A stretch of DNA of 46,457 nucleotides from a bacterium (GCA_041497675.1 JBGQGY010000012.1:1-46457), one strand, 5' to 3'. Positions 1 to 7,633 are shown, numbered from the stretch's first letter. A program made the numbers and translations. Notes: generated by a model not told the origin, from the letters alone.

Positions 1-232
1 CGAGTTCAATCAGGCGCGGGTCATCCAGGAGCGCCTGATCGCTCTCTACGCCATTATCCGGCAGGGGCGCAGCGGGCAGTCGTATTCCGCCGCGGCGTTG
101 TCGGGCTTCAAGGCGGGGCTCAAGCTGTTGGGCGTGATCGCGACAAGCCGGATGCACGAGCCGATGCAGGGACTGACCACGGAGGAAGAGCAACGCGTAA
201 AGGCGATCATGCAACAGACGGGGTTTCTGTAA
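1..232 (+). CDS. C-terminal part of a dihydrodipicolinate synthase (DapA/NanA) family protein, truncated by the window edge
   Basis: Manual translation from base 2: EFNQARVIQERLIALYAII...SGFKAGLKLLGVIATSRMHEPMQGLTTEEEQRVKAIMQQTGFL*, TAA at 230-232. The A..lQ..l ... K.al.l.G....r.P...L.eee pattern is the typical DapA-family C-terminus. Confidence 0.7.
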   Translation, partial: EFNQARVIQERLIALYAIIRQGRSGQSYSAAALSGFKAGLKLLGVIATSRMHEPMQGLTTEEEQRVKAIMQQTGFL

Positions 233-466
233 ATGAAAGCGAGTGTCACGCTGAAGCTTGATGCCGATCTCTTGCGAGAAGCGCGCGTGCTCGCCGCCGA
301 GGAAGGACGTTCGCTCAGCGCCCTGCTGACCGATCTCCTTGAGGCGCTGATTCGCGAGCGGAAGGCGTACGATCGTGCGCGGCGACGGGCGCTCGTGTAC
401 CTCCGCGCAGGCACGGACCTACGTTGGACACCTCCTCGCTCGCGAGACGAGTTGCATGAGCGCTAG
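233..466 (+). CDS. ribbon-helix-helix (CopG/DUF6364/VapB-like) antitoxin
   Basis: 77 aa. N-terminal VTLKLDADLLREARVLAAEEGRSLSALL is an RHH pattern, and the C-terminal SRDELHER is typical of antitoxins upstream of PIN toxins. Confidence 0.75.
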   Translation: MKASVTLKLDADLLREARVLAAEEGRSLSALLTDLLEALIRERKAYDRARRRALVYLRAGTDLRWTPPRSRDELHER

Positions 467-488
467 GCAGTTTGTCGACACGCGGTAG
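456..488 (+). pseudogene. N-terminal stub of a PIN/VapC toxin (MSARQFVDTR*)
   Basis: ATG overlaps the antitoxin 3' end. FVDT matches the first PIN motif (FxDTN), then a TAG follows and no PIN-like sequence continues. Confidence 0.6.
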
Positions 489-684
489 GCTGAAAGAAGC
501 TACGTAATCGCAATTGGATTGAGCGGGCTGCCCGTGCCGCCCGTGAGCCGCAGCGGTGCATCCTACCGCGACGTGTTGGGCCGCGGCGCAGCGATCTAGA
601 TCTGCCGCGGTGACCGGTTCCCCCAGTGCCAGCCCCAGCGACCCCAGTTGCTGAGGTGCCCGTGCGGTGATTGTGTCATGGTTT

Positions 685-1089
685 TTACTTTCCCGGTAAT
701 CGGTGGGTGTAGGTCACCACGCCGTACTCTTTGGTCGTTGTGGACTCGTGGACGGTCTTGCCGTCCACCATCACCTTGATCCCGAGTTCGCCCGGCTGCG
801 TGCGCTTCTGAAAGGCCACACTGAACCCCACGCCCGTCCGGAACGTCAGAGTCCGTGGGACATCGCCGGCCAGCTGCTTGGGCTGGCCGAGTTCGCCGTA
901 CGAGCCGTCAAACCGGAGGCCTTGCGTGCCCACGACTTCGATGATGACGGCCGAGGATGGCGTCGCGACCACGACGGGTTGGCTGACCTGCCGGCGGCTG
1001 CGCACCATCGGAGTCTGGCAGGCCGATGCCAGCAGGATAACGGCCAGCAGCAGCACGCCTGAGCAGGCCATGCGTATACGGGTTCGCAT
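685..1089 (-). CDS. hypothetical lipoprotein
   Basis: ATG at 1089 is preceded by GGGGAGGT. Basic N-terminus, hydrophobic core and lipobox LASA-C, then a beta-rich domain. Confidence 0.65.
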   Translation of the reverse strand: MRTRIRMACSGVLLLAVILLASACQTPMVRSRRQVSQPVVVATPSSAVIIEVVGTQGLRFDGSYGELGQPKQLAGDVPRTLTFRTGVGFSVAFQKRTQPGELGIKVMVDGKTVHESTTTKEYGVVTYTHRLPGK

Positions 1090-1163
1090 GGGACGCGACA
1101 CCTCCCCATGGTCTAATACCCGTGCCGGGGACGGGGCAGACGCCCCCGCACGCGACGATGGGG

Positions 1164-1169
1164 TATAAT
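1164..1169 (+). promoter_or_regulatory. probable -10 element (TATAAT) for the copper operon leader
   Basis: Perfect TATAAT in the divergent intergenic region, 19 nt before ATG 1189. No clear -35. Confidence 0.45.
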
Positions 1170-1188
1170 CACGGGCAGGTCCAGGGCG

Positions 1189-1671
1189 ATGAGCAGATTG
1201 CTGCAATTCTGCACAGGGACGCTGTGGCCGGGTCGGCGCGGGTGGCGTGCGATCCTGGTGATTGCCTTCTTCGCGTTCTCATCGATGAATCTGCATCCCG
1301 TTGAATCGGATCCAGATCACGGGCACGTCGTCGTCGGCGGCAGCGATGCCGACCGCGCGCACGCGCTTACCGTCCACCTGGCGCGCATGAGACTGCACCC
1401 GGAGACGGACGGCGACGAGCATCCGGCTCCACACGCCGGCCGCGCGCAAACATCCTGCCCGATCGCGTCGACAGACGAGCCCGACGTGATCTCGATCCAC
1501 GGAGAGGCGGCGAGCATCGCCTCCTTCGGAGCGGGTGGCGCCGCCGTCGCCTCCGCAACCCCAGCGCTGCTTCCACCGAACACTCCCGCAGGCCCGCTGT
1601 TCGCGTCCACGGCGGCCGGGCTGCCTGATAGTGCGTTGCCGCCTCCCGAGCCCCCTCCCAGAGCCTCCTGA
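1189..1671 (+). CDS. His-rich exported leader protein with C-terminal poly-Pro motif (CutF/CruR/DUF2946-like translational regulator)
   Basis: Signal-like segment RRGWRAILVIAFFAFSS, a His/acidic-rich middle, C-terminus LPPPEPPPRAS*; first ORF of a copper operon. Confidence 0.6.
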   Translation: MSRLLQFCTGTLWPGRRGWRAILVIAFFAFSSMNLHPVESDPDHGHVVVGGSDADRAHALTVHLARMRLHPETDGDEHPAPHAGRAQTSCPIASTDEPDVISIHGEAASIASFGAGGAAVASATPALLPPNTPAGPLFASTAAGLPDSALPPPEPPPRAS

Positions 1672-1749
1672 CCGCGCGCTGACAACTCGCACTAGTCACC
1701 CGCCGCCTTCGGGCCGCGGTGGTTCGTGGATGCTCTGATACCGAGGGGG
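1651..1749 (+). promoter_or_regulatory. anti-SD/SD attenuator structure
   Basis: CCCCCTC 1651-1657 pairs with GAGGGGG 1743-1749; CAGAGC 1659-1664 with GCTCTG 1732-1737; TCC 1666-1668 with GGA 1728-1730. An internal C(UUCG)G hairpin lies at about 1700-1719. Confidence 0.65.
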
Positions 1750-1795
1750 ACATCATGAAGATCCGGGCGCAATTGCGGTTCCCGTAGCGGGCGGG

Positions 1796-3310
1796 TTGCA
1801 GGCGGCCACTCGAGCGCTGCTCTACCTGGGAACGATCGTGTTCCTCGGCGGAGGCATCTTCGCCCGATGGATCGCCCCGGCCCTGGCGCGAGGGCCGGCG
1901 AGAGGGCGCGTCCGGATCGGAGTGGTTGCCGGAGGCGTGCTGCTCGTGGTCGCAAGCGTCGCCGAGGCGGCCGGCGCGATGACACGCGCACTGGGGATAT
2001 TCGACGCTGGGCTCCTGCCCGAATACTTGTGGGGGACGCAGCACGGCCGCGCGGTACTGGCGCGCGCCGTACTTGCGGTGCCGCTCGCGTGGCTCGCCGT
2101 CCAGGAGCGTTCGTCGGCACGGTGGGGCCGGGTGTGGTATGCGGCGCTCGGCCTCGGCCTGCTCCTGACGTTCAGCCTCACCAGTCACGCCGCCGGGATG
2201 CGGAGCGTTCCGGCGATCGCCGCCGATCTGATCCACCTGGTTGGCGTGGCCGCGTGGGCCGGCGGGCTTCTGTATCTGGCGTGGTCCTCGGTGTGGCCGG
2301 ATCGCGCACCTGCCGCGCACCCGGTCGCCGTGGCGGTGCACCGCGTCTCGCACATCGGCCTCGTGTGTGTCGCGCTGATCGTGGCCACCGGGATCTACGC
2401 GTCCGTCGTGCACCTCTGGGGCCTGCGCGCGCTGACGGACAGTCCGTACGGGCGTGCCCTCCTGGTCAAGATCGCCTTCGTCGTGGTCGCGCTCGGATTG
2501 GCGAGTGTCAACCGGTGGGTGCTCGTGCCGGCCGTGTCTCGCCGCGGTGGCGCGGGGCGCTTGGGACGGATGGTCAAAGCCGAGTCGCTGGTCGTCGTCG
2601 CTATTCTCGGCGCCGCCGGCGTGCTGGCGAGTCAGGCGCCTCCGGAGCGGCCGGCGACCCTGGTGAGTGTCGTGACGTTCGACGAGACCGTTGGGCCGTG
2701 GATAGTGCAGGGCACGTTGACGCCGCGACTGCCCGAGGGGCTCGAGGTCACGTTTGCGGTGCGGGACCAGGCGGGTCATCCCGCGCCGCCGACCGTTGAG
2801 CCCGACATCGTGCTCAAGATGCTCGATCACCCGATGAGTCCGGTCACCATCAAGGCGGCACAGGTGGCCGCGGGCGTGTACCGGAAGGCGCTGTCGCTCC
2901 CGATGTCGGGGCGGTGGCAGGTGTCGATCCGCTTCGCCGAAGGCACTGTGGAGATCATGGTGCGGGCGCAGGAGCCGCCGCCAGAGATGCGCGCGGCGCG
3001 CGAGCGCGCGAATCCGATCCGGTTCTCGGCGCAGTCGATGGCGCGGGGCCGGACGATCTATCAGGCCGAGTGCCAAGCGTGCCACGGGATCACCGGTGGG
3101 GGCGATGGCCCGGCGGCTGCCGGTCTGAACCCCCGGCCGGCCGATCTGCGTATCCATATGGCGGCCGGGCACACCGACGGTCAGCTCTTCAACTGGATCA
3201 GCGAAGGCTTTACCGGCACGGCCATGCCGGCGTTCAAGAAGAATCTGTCAGAAGACGACCGCTGGCATGTCATCAACTTCCTCCGGACACTGGTGCCGCA
3301 GATTCGGTGA
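1796..3310 (+). CDS. copD: CopD-family copper transport membrane protein fused to a YtkA/FixH-like domain and a C-terminal cytochrome c
   Basis: Multiple TM helices with SLTSHAA, DLIHL...AWAGGLL and YGRALLVK (CopD); MLDHPM...LPMSGRWQV (YtkA-like); CQACH heme motif with AMPAF axial Met. The start codon is uncertain (see findings). Confidence 0.85.
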   Translation: MQAATRALLYLGTIVFLGGGIFARWIAPALARGPARGRVRIGVVAGGVLLVVASVAEAAGAMTRALGIFDAGLLPEYLWGTQHGRAVLARAVLAVPLAWLAVQERSSARWGRVWYAALGLGLLLTFSLTSHAAGMRSVPAIAADLIHLVGVAAWAGGLLYLAWSSVWPDRAPAAHPVAVAVHRVSHIGLVCVALIVATGIYASVVHLWGLRALTDSPYGRALLVKIAFVVVALGLASVNRWVLVPAVSRRGGAGRLGRMVKAESLVVVAILGAAGVLASQAPPERPATLVSVVTFDETVGPWIVQGTLTPRLPEGLEVTFAVRDQAGHPAPPTVEPDIVLKMLDHPMSPVTIKAAQVAAGVYRKALSLPMSGRWQVSIRFAEGTVEIMVRAQEPPPEMRAARERANPIRFSAQSMARGRTIYQAECQACHGITGGGDGPAAAGLNPRPADLRIHMAAGHTDGQLFNWISEGFTGTAMPAFKKNLSEDDRWHVINFLRTLVPQIR

Positions 3311-3339
3311 CCGGAGAACACTAAGAGGAGAGTGGAATC

Positions 3340-4086
3340 ATGCGTTCTGCCAAGATACTGTTGATCGCCGCAATGGTTGTCGTCAGCCTGATCGGTGCCC
3401 GGACGATCGTTCTGGCGCACGCGAAGATTCAAAGCGCCGACCCCAAACCGGGGAGTACCGTCGCCAAGGCGCCCGCGATGGTGAAGATCGTGTTCGCCCT
3501 CGCCCCCGACGAAAGCCTCGATCCCAAGACCAGCACGATCGCCGTCTTGGATAGTCACGGACGCCGCGTGGATGACGGCAAGGGCGGCGTCGATCTCAAC
3601 GATATGGACCGAAAGACGCTGATCGCGATGCTCAAGCCGCTCACGCACGGCACCTACACCGTGCGGTGGAAGGCGGTCTCTAGTCCCGACAAAGACGTCT
3701 CGCAGGGCAGCTTCACGTTCACGGTCGCCGCGGCGATGGGAAGCATGCCGATGGCCGCGGCGCTCCCGCCGCTCAAGATCATCTCGCCGGCGGCCGGCGC
3801 CACGGTGGCCAGCCCGGTCGACGTGGTGTTCGAGACGACGGCCGACCTCTCGAAGTTGACGGTGGGAGAGATGACGAGAATGCAGGGCGCGCATCTGCAC
3901 GCCGACCTCGCCGGGCGGGTCACCATGCCGGAGATGAAGCAGATCAAGGTGCTCGGCGACCACCGGTATCAACTCGGTCTGGGCAAAGCGGGGGCGGGCA
4001 AGCGCACGATCCGCCTCTACTGGGGCGACAACAAGACGCACAAGCCGGTCGGGCCGGTGCAGACGGTCTCGATCACCGTGAAGTGA
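3340..4086 (+). CDS. copC: CopC-family periplasmic copper-binding protein with an extra C-terminal HxH (DUF4399-like) domain
   Basis: SD GAGGAG; signal peptide ending VLA-HAKIQSADP; GTYTVRWKAVS; Met-rich linker; C-terminal domain LKIISPAAGATVASP...HLH. Confidence 0.8.
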   Translation: MRSAKILLIAAMVVVSLIGARTIVLAHAKIQSADPKPGSTVAKAPAMVKIVFALAPDESLDPKTSTIAVLDSHGRRVDDGKGGVDLNDMDRKTLIAMLKPLTHGTYTVRWKAVSSPDKDVSQGSFTFTVAAAMGSMPMAAALPPLKIISPAAGATVASPVDVVFETTADLSKLTVGEMTRMQGAHLHADLAGRVTMPEMKQIKVLGDHRYQLGLGKAGAGKRTIRLYWGDNKTHKPVGPVQTVSITVK

Positions 4087-4102
4087 GGAGGGAGGAGCCC
4101 CG

Positions 4103-4564
4103 ATGAGGATGAGACTCTTCGCCACTTGCGCTTTCTTGTGCGCGTTCATGGTCGTGACCGGGGACCCGGCATCCGCGCACGCGTTCTTGCGGGTCGCCGA
4201 CCCGGCCGAAGACAGCACCGTGAACGCCGCCCCGAGCGAGATCCGGCTCGGGTTTACCGAACCCGTCGAGATCCGGTTCAGCATCTTCAAGGTGTACCGC
4301 CTCGACGCCAACCCGTCGACCGAGCTGCGCCGTCTCAACACGCAGGCCGGCGCGCTCATGTCGGATGTATTGACTAAACGCGACGACGAGAGCGCCCGCG
4401 CCGACGCCGGTGTAAGCAACACCGCCCGGACGGCCACGGACATCACGCTTCGTTTGAAGCCCGACCCTCAGCCCGGCGTCTACGCCGTCATGTGGCGCGT
4501 CCTCTCGGTGGACACACACACGACGCAAGGGTTCCATATCTTTATCGTCGCGCCAAGGCGCTGA
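4103..4564 (+). CDS. copC: second CopC-family copper-binding protein
   Basis: Signal peptide ASA-HAFLRVADP; FTEPVE; GVYAVMWRVLSVDTH with the D-x-H Cu(II) site; SD GGAGGAG. Confidence 0.85.
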   Translation: MRMRLFATCAFLCAFMVVTGDPASAHAFLRVADPAEDSTVNAAPSEIRLGFTEPVEIRFSIFKVYRLDANPSTELRRLNTQAGALMSDVLTKRDDESARADAGVSNTARTATDITLRLKPDPQPGVYAVMWRVLSVDTHTTQGFHIFIVAPRR

Positions 4565-4576
4565 GGGAGGGCTACC

Positions 4577-5785
4577 GTGAGACGACTCTTGGGTGTATTG
4601 AGTGTTGTCCTGCTGGTGCTCACGATCGTTGGTCCCACTCCGAGTTACGCGGCCTCCACAGACTCCGGCGCGTTGCGCACGTCCGTCGTGTTGACGTACA
4701 AGTTCACGACGGCGCCGACACCTGCCGCGGCCGGCGACGAGAACTACAACGGTCCCACACCGGACACGCCGGATACGCACGCCGGCAGCCTGGATCTCGG
4801 GCTGAACTTGCGGTTGTCCGGGAACGTCAGGGTGTTTGCGCTCATCAGCCCGTCGGTAAAGACCGGCGAGGACGCGACGATCGAGATCGAACGTTTCTAC
4901 GTCGACCTCCGCGATCTGGGCCTGCGCGGGCTCGGCTTCCGGCTCGGCCGCGACGCCATCCAGTTGGGACAAATCGGTCTGCTGCTGGACGAAGTGAACT
5001 TCGACGAAGACCGGCGCGACGGATTTCAGGCCTGGATCCCGCTTGGACCGGTGCGGGTGTTTACATTCTATCAGTGGGCGCTCGACGACCACACGACCAC
5101 CCGGAGGCTCTGGGGCGCGCGCGCCGAGATGCAGATGATCCCCGGATGGACGCTTGGGGTCAACTACCGCGCCGACATCGCCGCCGACGTGGATGTGGGG
5201 ACCTGCCCGGGCACCGACTGCGCCACGGGGACCGGGTACAGCATCGATCTCGACGGTACCCTCCTGCCGGGTCTGGTGGTGACGCTTGCCTACGCGACGT
5301 ATACGCAGACAGACGATGTTGCGCGGGCGTACCTCCAGGCTATCGTCGTGCTGGATCTGTCGCGCCTGGTCGGTATCAAACGGTTTGAGCCTGTCGTCAC
5401 GCTTTGGTATAAGAACTTCGACCCCTACACGATGCCCGGCGCGTTGGAAGCCATGGTGCCTCGCGGAAACTTTGGGACGCCGGACGACTTCAAACTCTTC
5501 AACATCAACGACAACCTGACGGCGTTGGGCGCGGGTCTGCGGCTCCCGGTTTTGCAGAACGTCGTCGTGTTTGGTCTTGGTGAGTGGGGCATGTACAAGG
5601 ACGGAGGCCCCGGCTACACGGTCTTCTCTGCTGGGGTGAAGTACCGTCCGATGAGCAACACCGAGATCAAGATCACGTACAACACCTATACTGTTGCGGG
5701 CGCAGTCGTGACCACGAGCGCGGTATCCGGTTTTCAACTGGCTAATGTTCAGCTCTATCAGGTCGAGATGTCCGTCAATTGGTAG
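4577..5785 (+). CDS. putative outer-membrane beta-barrel (porin-like) protein
   Basis: Signal peptide (SYA-A), many amphipathic beta strands with aromatic residues, C-terminal strand YQVEMSVNW ending in an aromatic residue; SD GGGAGG. Confidence 0.6.
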   Translation: MRRLLGVLSVVLLVLTIVGPTPSYAASTDSGALRTSVVLTYKFTTAPTPAAAGDENYNGPTPDTPDTHAGSLDLGLNLRLSGNVRVFALISPSVKTGEDATIEIERFYVDLRDLGLRGLGFRLGRDAIQLGQIGLLLDEVNFDEDRRDGFQAWIPLGPVRVFTFYQWALDDHTTTRRLWGARAEMQMIPGWTLGVNYRADIAADVDVGTCPGTDCATGTGYSIDLDGTLLPGLVVTLAYATYTQTDDVARAYLQAIVVLDLSRLVGIKRFEPVVTLWYKNFDPYTMPGALEAMVPRGNFGTPDDFKLFNINDNLTALGAGLRLPVLQNVVVFGLGEWGMYKDGGPGYTVFSAGVKYRPMSNTEIKITYNTYTVAGAVVTTSAVSGFQLANVQLYQVEMSVNW

Positions 5786-5801
5786 GCCGCTGCTGGAAGC
5801 G

Positions 5802-5830
5802 GGGCCCCGGTCGTCCCGGGGCCCTTGTTT
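5802..5830 (+). terminator. intrinsic terminator of the copper operon
   Basis: GGGCCCCGG-TCGTC-CCGGGGCCC 9-bp stem followed by TTGTTT. Confidence 0.7.
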
Positions 5831-5855
5831 CCGGCGATCTTCCCCTCAACTTGCC

Positions 5856-5885
5856 TTGACCAAATGCGTCTAGCGTGTTTATGAT
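5856..5885 (+). promoter_or_regulatory. sigma70-type promoter for the riboswitch transcript
   Basis: TTGACC (5856-5861), 18 nt spacer, TATGAT (5880-5885). Confidence 0.6.
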
Positions 5886-5910
5886 AGGGGCAATTGAATA
5901 GCGGCTAAGA

Positions 5911-5999
5911 ACCTCCGAACGGGCAAACCCGGAGCAATCCGGGGACGCAAAGCCACAGGGCCATCGACAGTCCGATGGTCGGCTGGGTTGCCGAAGAGG
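5911..5999 (+). ncRNA. cyclic di-GMP-I (GEMM) riboswitch aptamer
   Basis: GGGCAAACCCGGA-GCAA-TCCGGGGACGCAAAGCCACAGGG...GGCTGGGTTGCCGAAG carries the GGCAAAC, GNRA tetraloop, GACGCAAAGCC and GGTTGCCGA hallmarks; P1 CCTC/GAGG. G at the position equivalent to Vc2 G20 favours c-di-GMP over cGAMP. Confidence 0.92.
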
Positions 6000-6006
6000 A
6001 AGCACA

Positions 6007-6050
6007 GCGAGGGCGAGTGCTTCCACATTCGCACCTCGCGTTTCGTTTCT
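6007..6050 (+). terminator. riboswitch expression-platform terminator
   Basis: GCGAGG/CCTCGC plus GCGAGTG/CATTCGC stem followed by GTTTCGTTTCT. Competing antiterminator: GGAAGCAC (5998-6005) with GTGCTTCC (6017-6024). Confidence 0.6.
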
Positions 6051-6300
6051 CTGGGGCTGCTCGTCGGAGACCGCGTCACCTCTGAAACGCACAGGTTCAG
6101 ATGGCGCGGCCGGGTCCGGGAGAGTTCACAGCTAGACGCCCACTCCGGCAGGGCGCTCTGGCAAACGTGACGACGTGAACACCTTCCCGTGGCGCCCAGG
6201 CGGGCAACTGAGGCGCACCGTCGCATCCCCATCGCTCATCACCGGCCCGGCCGCTGCCAGTTTTTTCCGCACCACTCCCTGCGCGCCATAAGCGTCGAGA

Positions 6301-6565
6301 TCAGCCTTCCAGCGTCGAGAGAATTGCCTGCGCGTAGATCTTCGTAAAATCCCACACTTCTGAGACAGGCACAAACTCACTCGCCAGCACGTCGGGTCCG
6401 GCTTCACGACGTCTTTCGGTCGGGGGGCCAAACATGACCGTCGGGATCCCCCGGAACCTTCGGATCCGTCGGCTCGATCTCGTTTTGGCCGAGCGGCACG
6501 TCCGTCGGCGTTTGGGCCAGGGTGATCAGGGTGTTGGTTATATAGTCCGGATCGAATCCACGCAC
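6301..6565 (-). pseudogene. M20 (ArgE/DapE-like) peptidase remnant with a large internal deletion and frameshift
   Basis: SD GAAGGAG and GTG give MRGFDPDYITNTLITLAQTPTDVPLGQNEIEPTDPK. Another frame then reads FRGIPTVMFGP...SEFVPVSEVWDFTKIYAQAILSTLEG*, which resembles an M20 C-terminus. Confidence 0.65.
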
Positions 6566-6575
6566 GGGGTCTCCT

Positions 6576-7553
6576 TCAGACCGTGACTGTCGGCATGACG
6601 TCTCGTGCGGCGCGCTTCAACTGTCCGAGCTGGTCGAAAGCGGCGAAACGAAGGATCGGGACCGTGCAGCCCGCCTCGACGTACGTCATGATCTTGCGCG
6701 AGACCGCCTCGGGTGGTCCGTACGCCACCCAGCCCTCCATCAACTCGGGCCCGGGATCAAACGAGTAGTAGAACTGCAGGAAACGCCGAGCCTCGTCGTA
6801 GGCCTTGGCCCGGTCATCGTTGATGTTGACCATGAGGTGCAGTGACGATTCCAAACCGGCGGGATCTCGGCCCTGCGCGCGCGCCGTCTCGTTGATCACC
6901 GCCCATCGGGCGGCGAACTCATTCGGGGGGACGTTGTCCGTCATGTAGCCGTCGCCGAGCCGGCCGATGCGCCGCATGGCCCGCCGGACCACGTCGGAGG
7001 TGGCGACGCTCCCTTTGGGGTTGCTGGCGATCCAGATGGGGCAGGGTTGTTGGATCGGTTTCGGCGCCAGCGAGAGGTCGCTGAACTGGTAAAATGTTCC
7101 CCTGTGCGAAACATGATCTTCGGCCCAAAGGCGTCGTACGATCTCGATGCCCTCGGTCATGCGGCCGACGCGCTCGTTCGCCGAAGCGCCGAACGGTGCG
7201 AGCTCGGCGGGCATGCCCCCGCCGAGGCAGACGCCCAGCACGGCGCGTCCCTCGCTGACGACGTCGAGCGACGCCCATTGCGACGCGACCCAGATCGGGT
7301 GCCGGATGACAAACGTGGCCAGGCACACCGTCCCGAGACGCACACGGCGCGTCCGCCCCGCGATCGCGGCCAGCGTGATCATCGCCTCGAGCCGCGGTTT
7401 GTGAAAGAGACTGTCGCCGACCCACACCGAATCGAAGAACCCGGTCTCTTCGGCCGCCACGGCGGTATCCAGGAGAACCCTGGTCGTGGCCGCGCCGATC
7501 AGCACGCCGCGGTTCGGCAGGCTCAGCCCAAACCGTGCCCTGCGTGTACCCAC
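6576..7553 (-). CDS. LLM-class flavin/F420-dependent oxidoreductase
   Basis: FDSVWVGDS, RVRLGT, LDVVSEGR.VLG, PKP.Q...PIWI and GDG motifs. Confidence 0.9.
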   Translation of the reverse strand: MGTRRARFGLSLPNRGVLIGAATTRVLLDTAVAAEETGFFDSVWVGDSLFHKPRLEAMITLAAIAGRTRRVRLGTVCLATFVIRHPIWVASQWASLDVVSEGRAVLGVCLGGGMPAELAPFGASANERVGRMTEGIEIVRRLWAEDHVSHRGTFYQFSDLSLAPKPIQQPCPIWIASNPKGSVATSDVVRRAMRRIGRLGDGYMTDNVPPNEFAARWAVINETARAQGRDPAGLESSLHLMVNINDDRAKAYDEARRFLQFYYSFDPGPELMEGWVAYGPPEAVSRKIMTYVEAGCTVPILRFAAFDQLGQLKRAARDVMPTVTV

Positions 7554-7573
7554 GTTCGGTTGCCCCCTTCGTG

Positions 7574-7627
7574 TTGACGTCGCCGGGTGGCCTTAGTATA
7601 CTCTTGAGCAAATGATACTGGTTCTCA
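7574..7627 (+). promoter_or_regulatory. znuA promoter with a Zur/Fur-type operator
   Basis: TTGACG, 17 nt, TATACT (7574-7602); imperfect palindrome TGATACTGGTTCTCA at 7613-7627. Confidence 0.7.
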
Positions 7628-7633
7628 AATAGA

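Noticed and set aside
489..684. Intergenic palindromes (CCGCGGC...GCCGCGG around GATCTAGATC) and short CCCCAG repeats
   Set aside because: No regular spacing, recognisable RNA family or IS end. At most a terminator-like hairpin between convergent genes.
1116..1167. CsoR-like C/G-tract operator (TACCCGTGCCGGGGA; GGGGTATA half-site)
   Set aside because: Only a partial palindrome in GC-rich DNA, and no csoR in the window.
1367..3172. Long antisense and alternate-frame ORFs (e.g. 1367-3172, 4073-5737, 17800-19314, 38043-39491, 40295-41788, 44183-45571)
   Set aside because: They shadow well-supported genes, are Arg/Pro/Gly-rich without family motifs, and are expected from high-GC codon bias.
5879..6431. 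ORFs 5879-6232, 5988-6170 and 6132-6431 as real genes
   Set aside because: They overlap the riboswitch or the M20 remnant, lack SD sequences and show no protein-like motifs.
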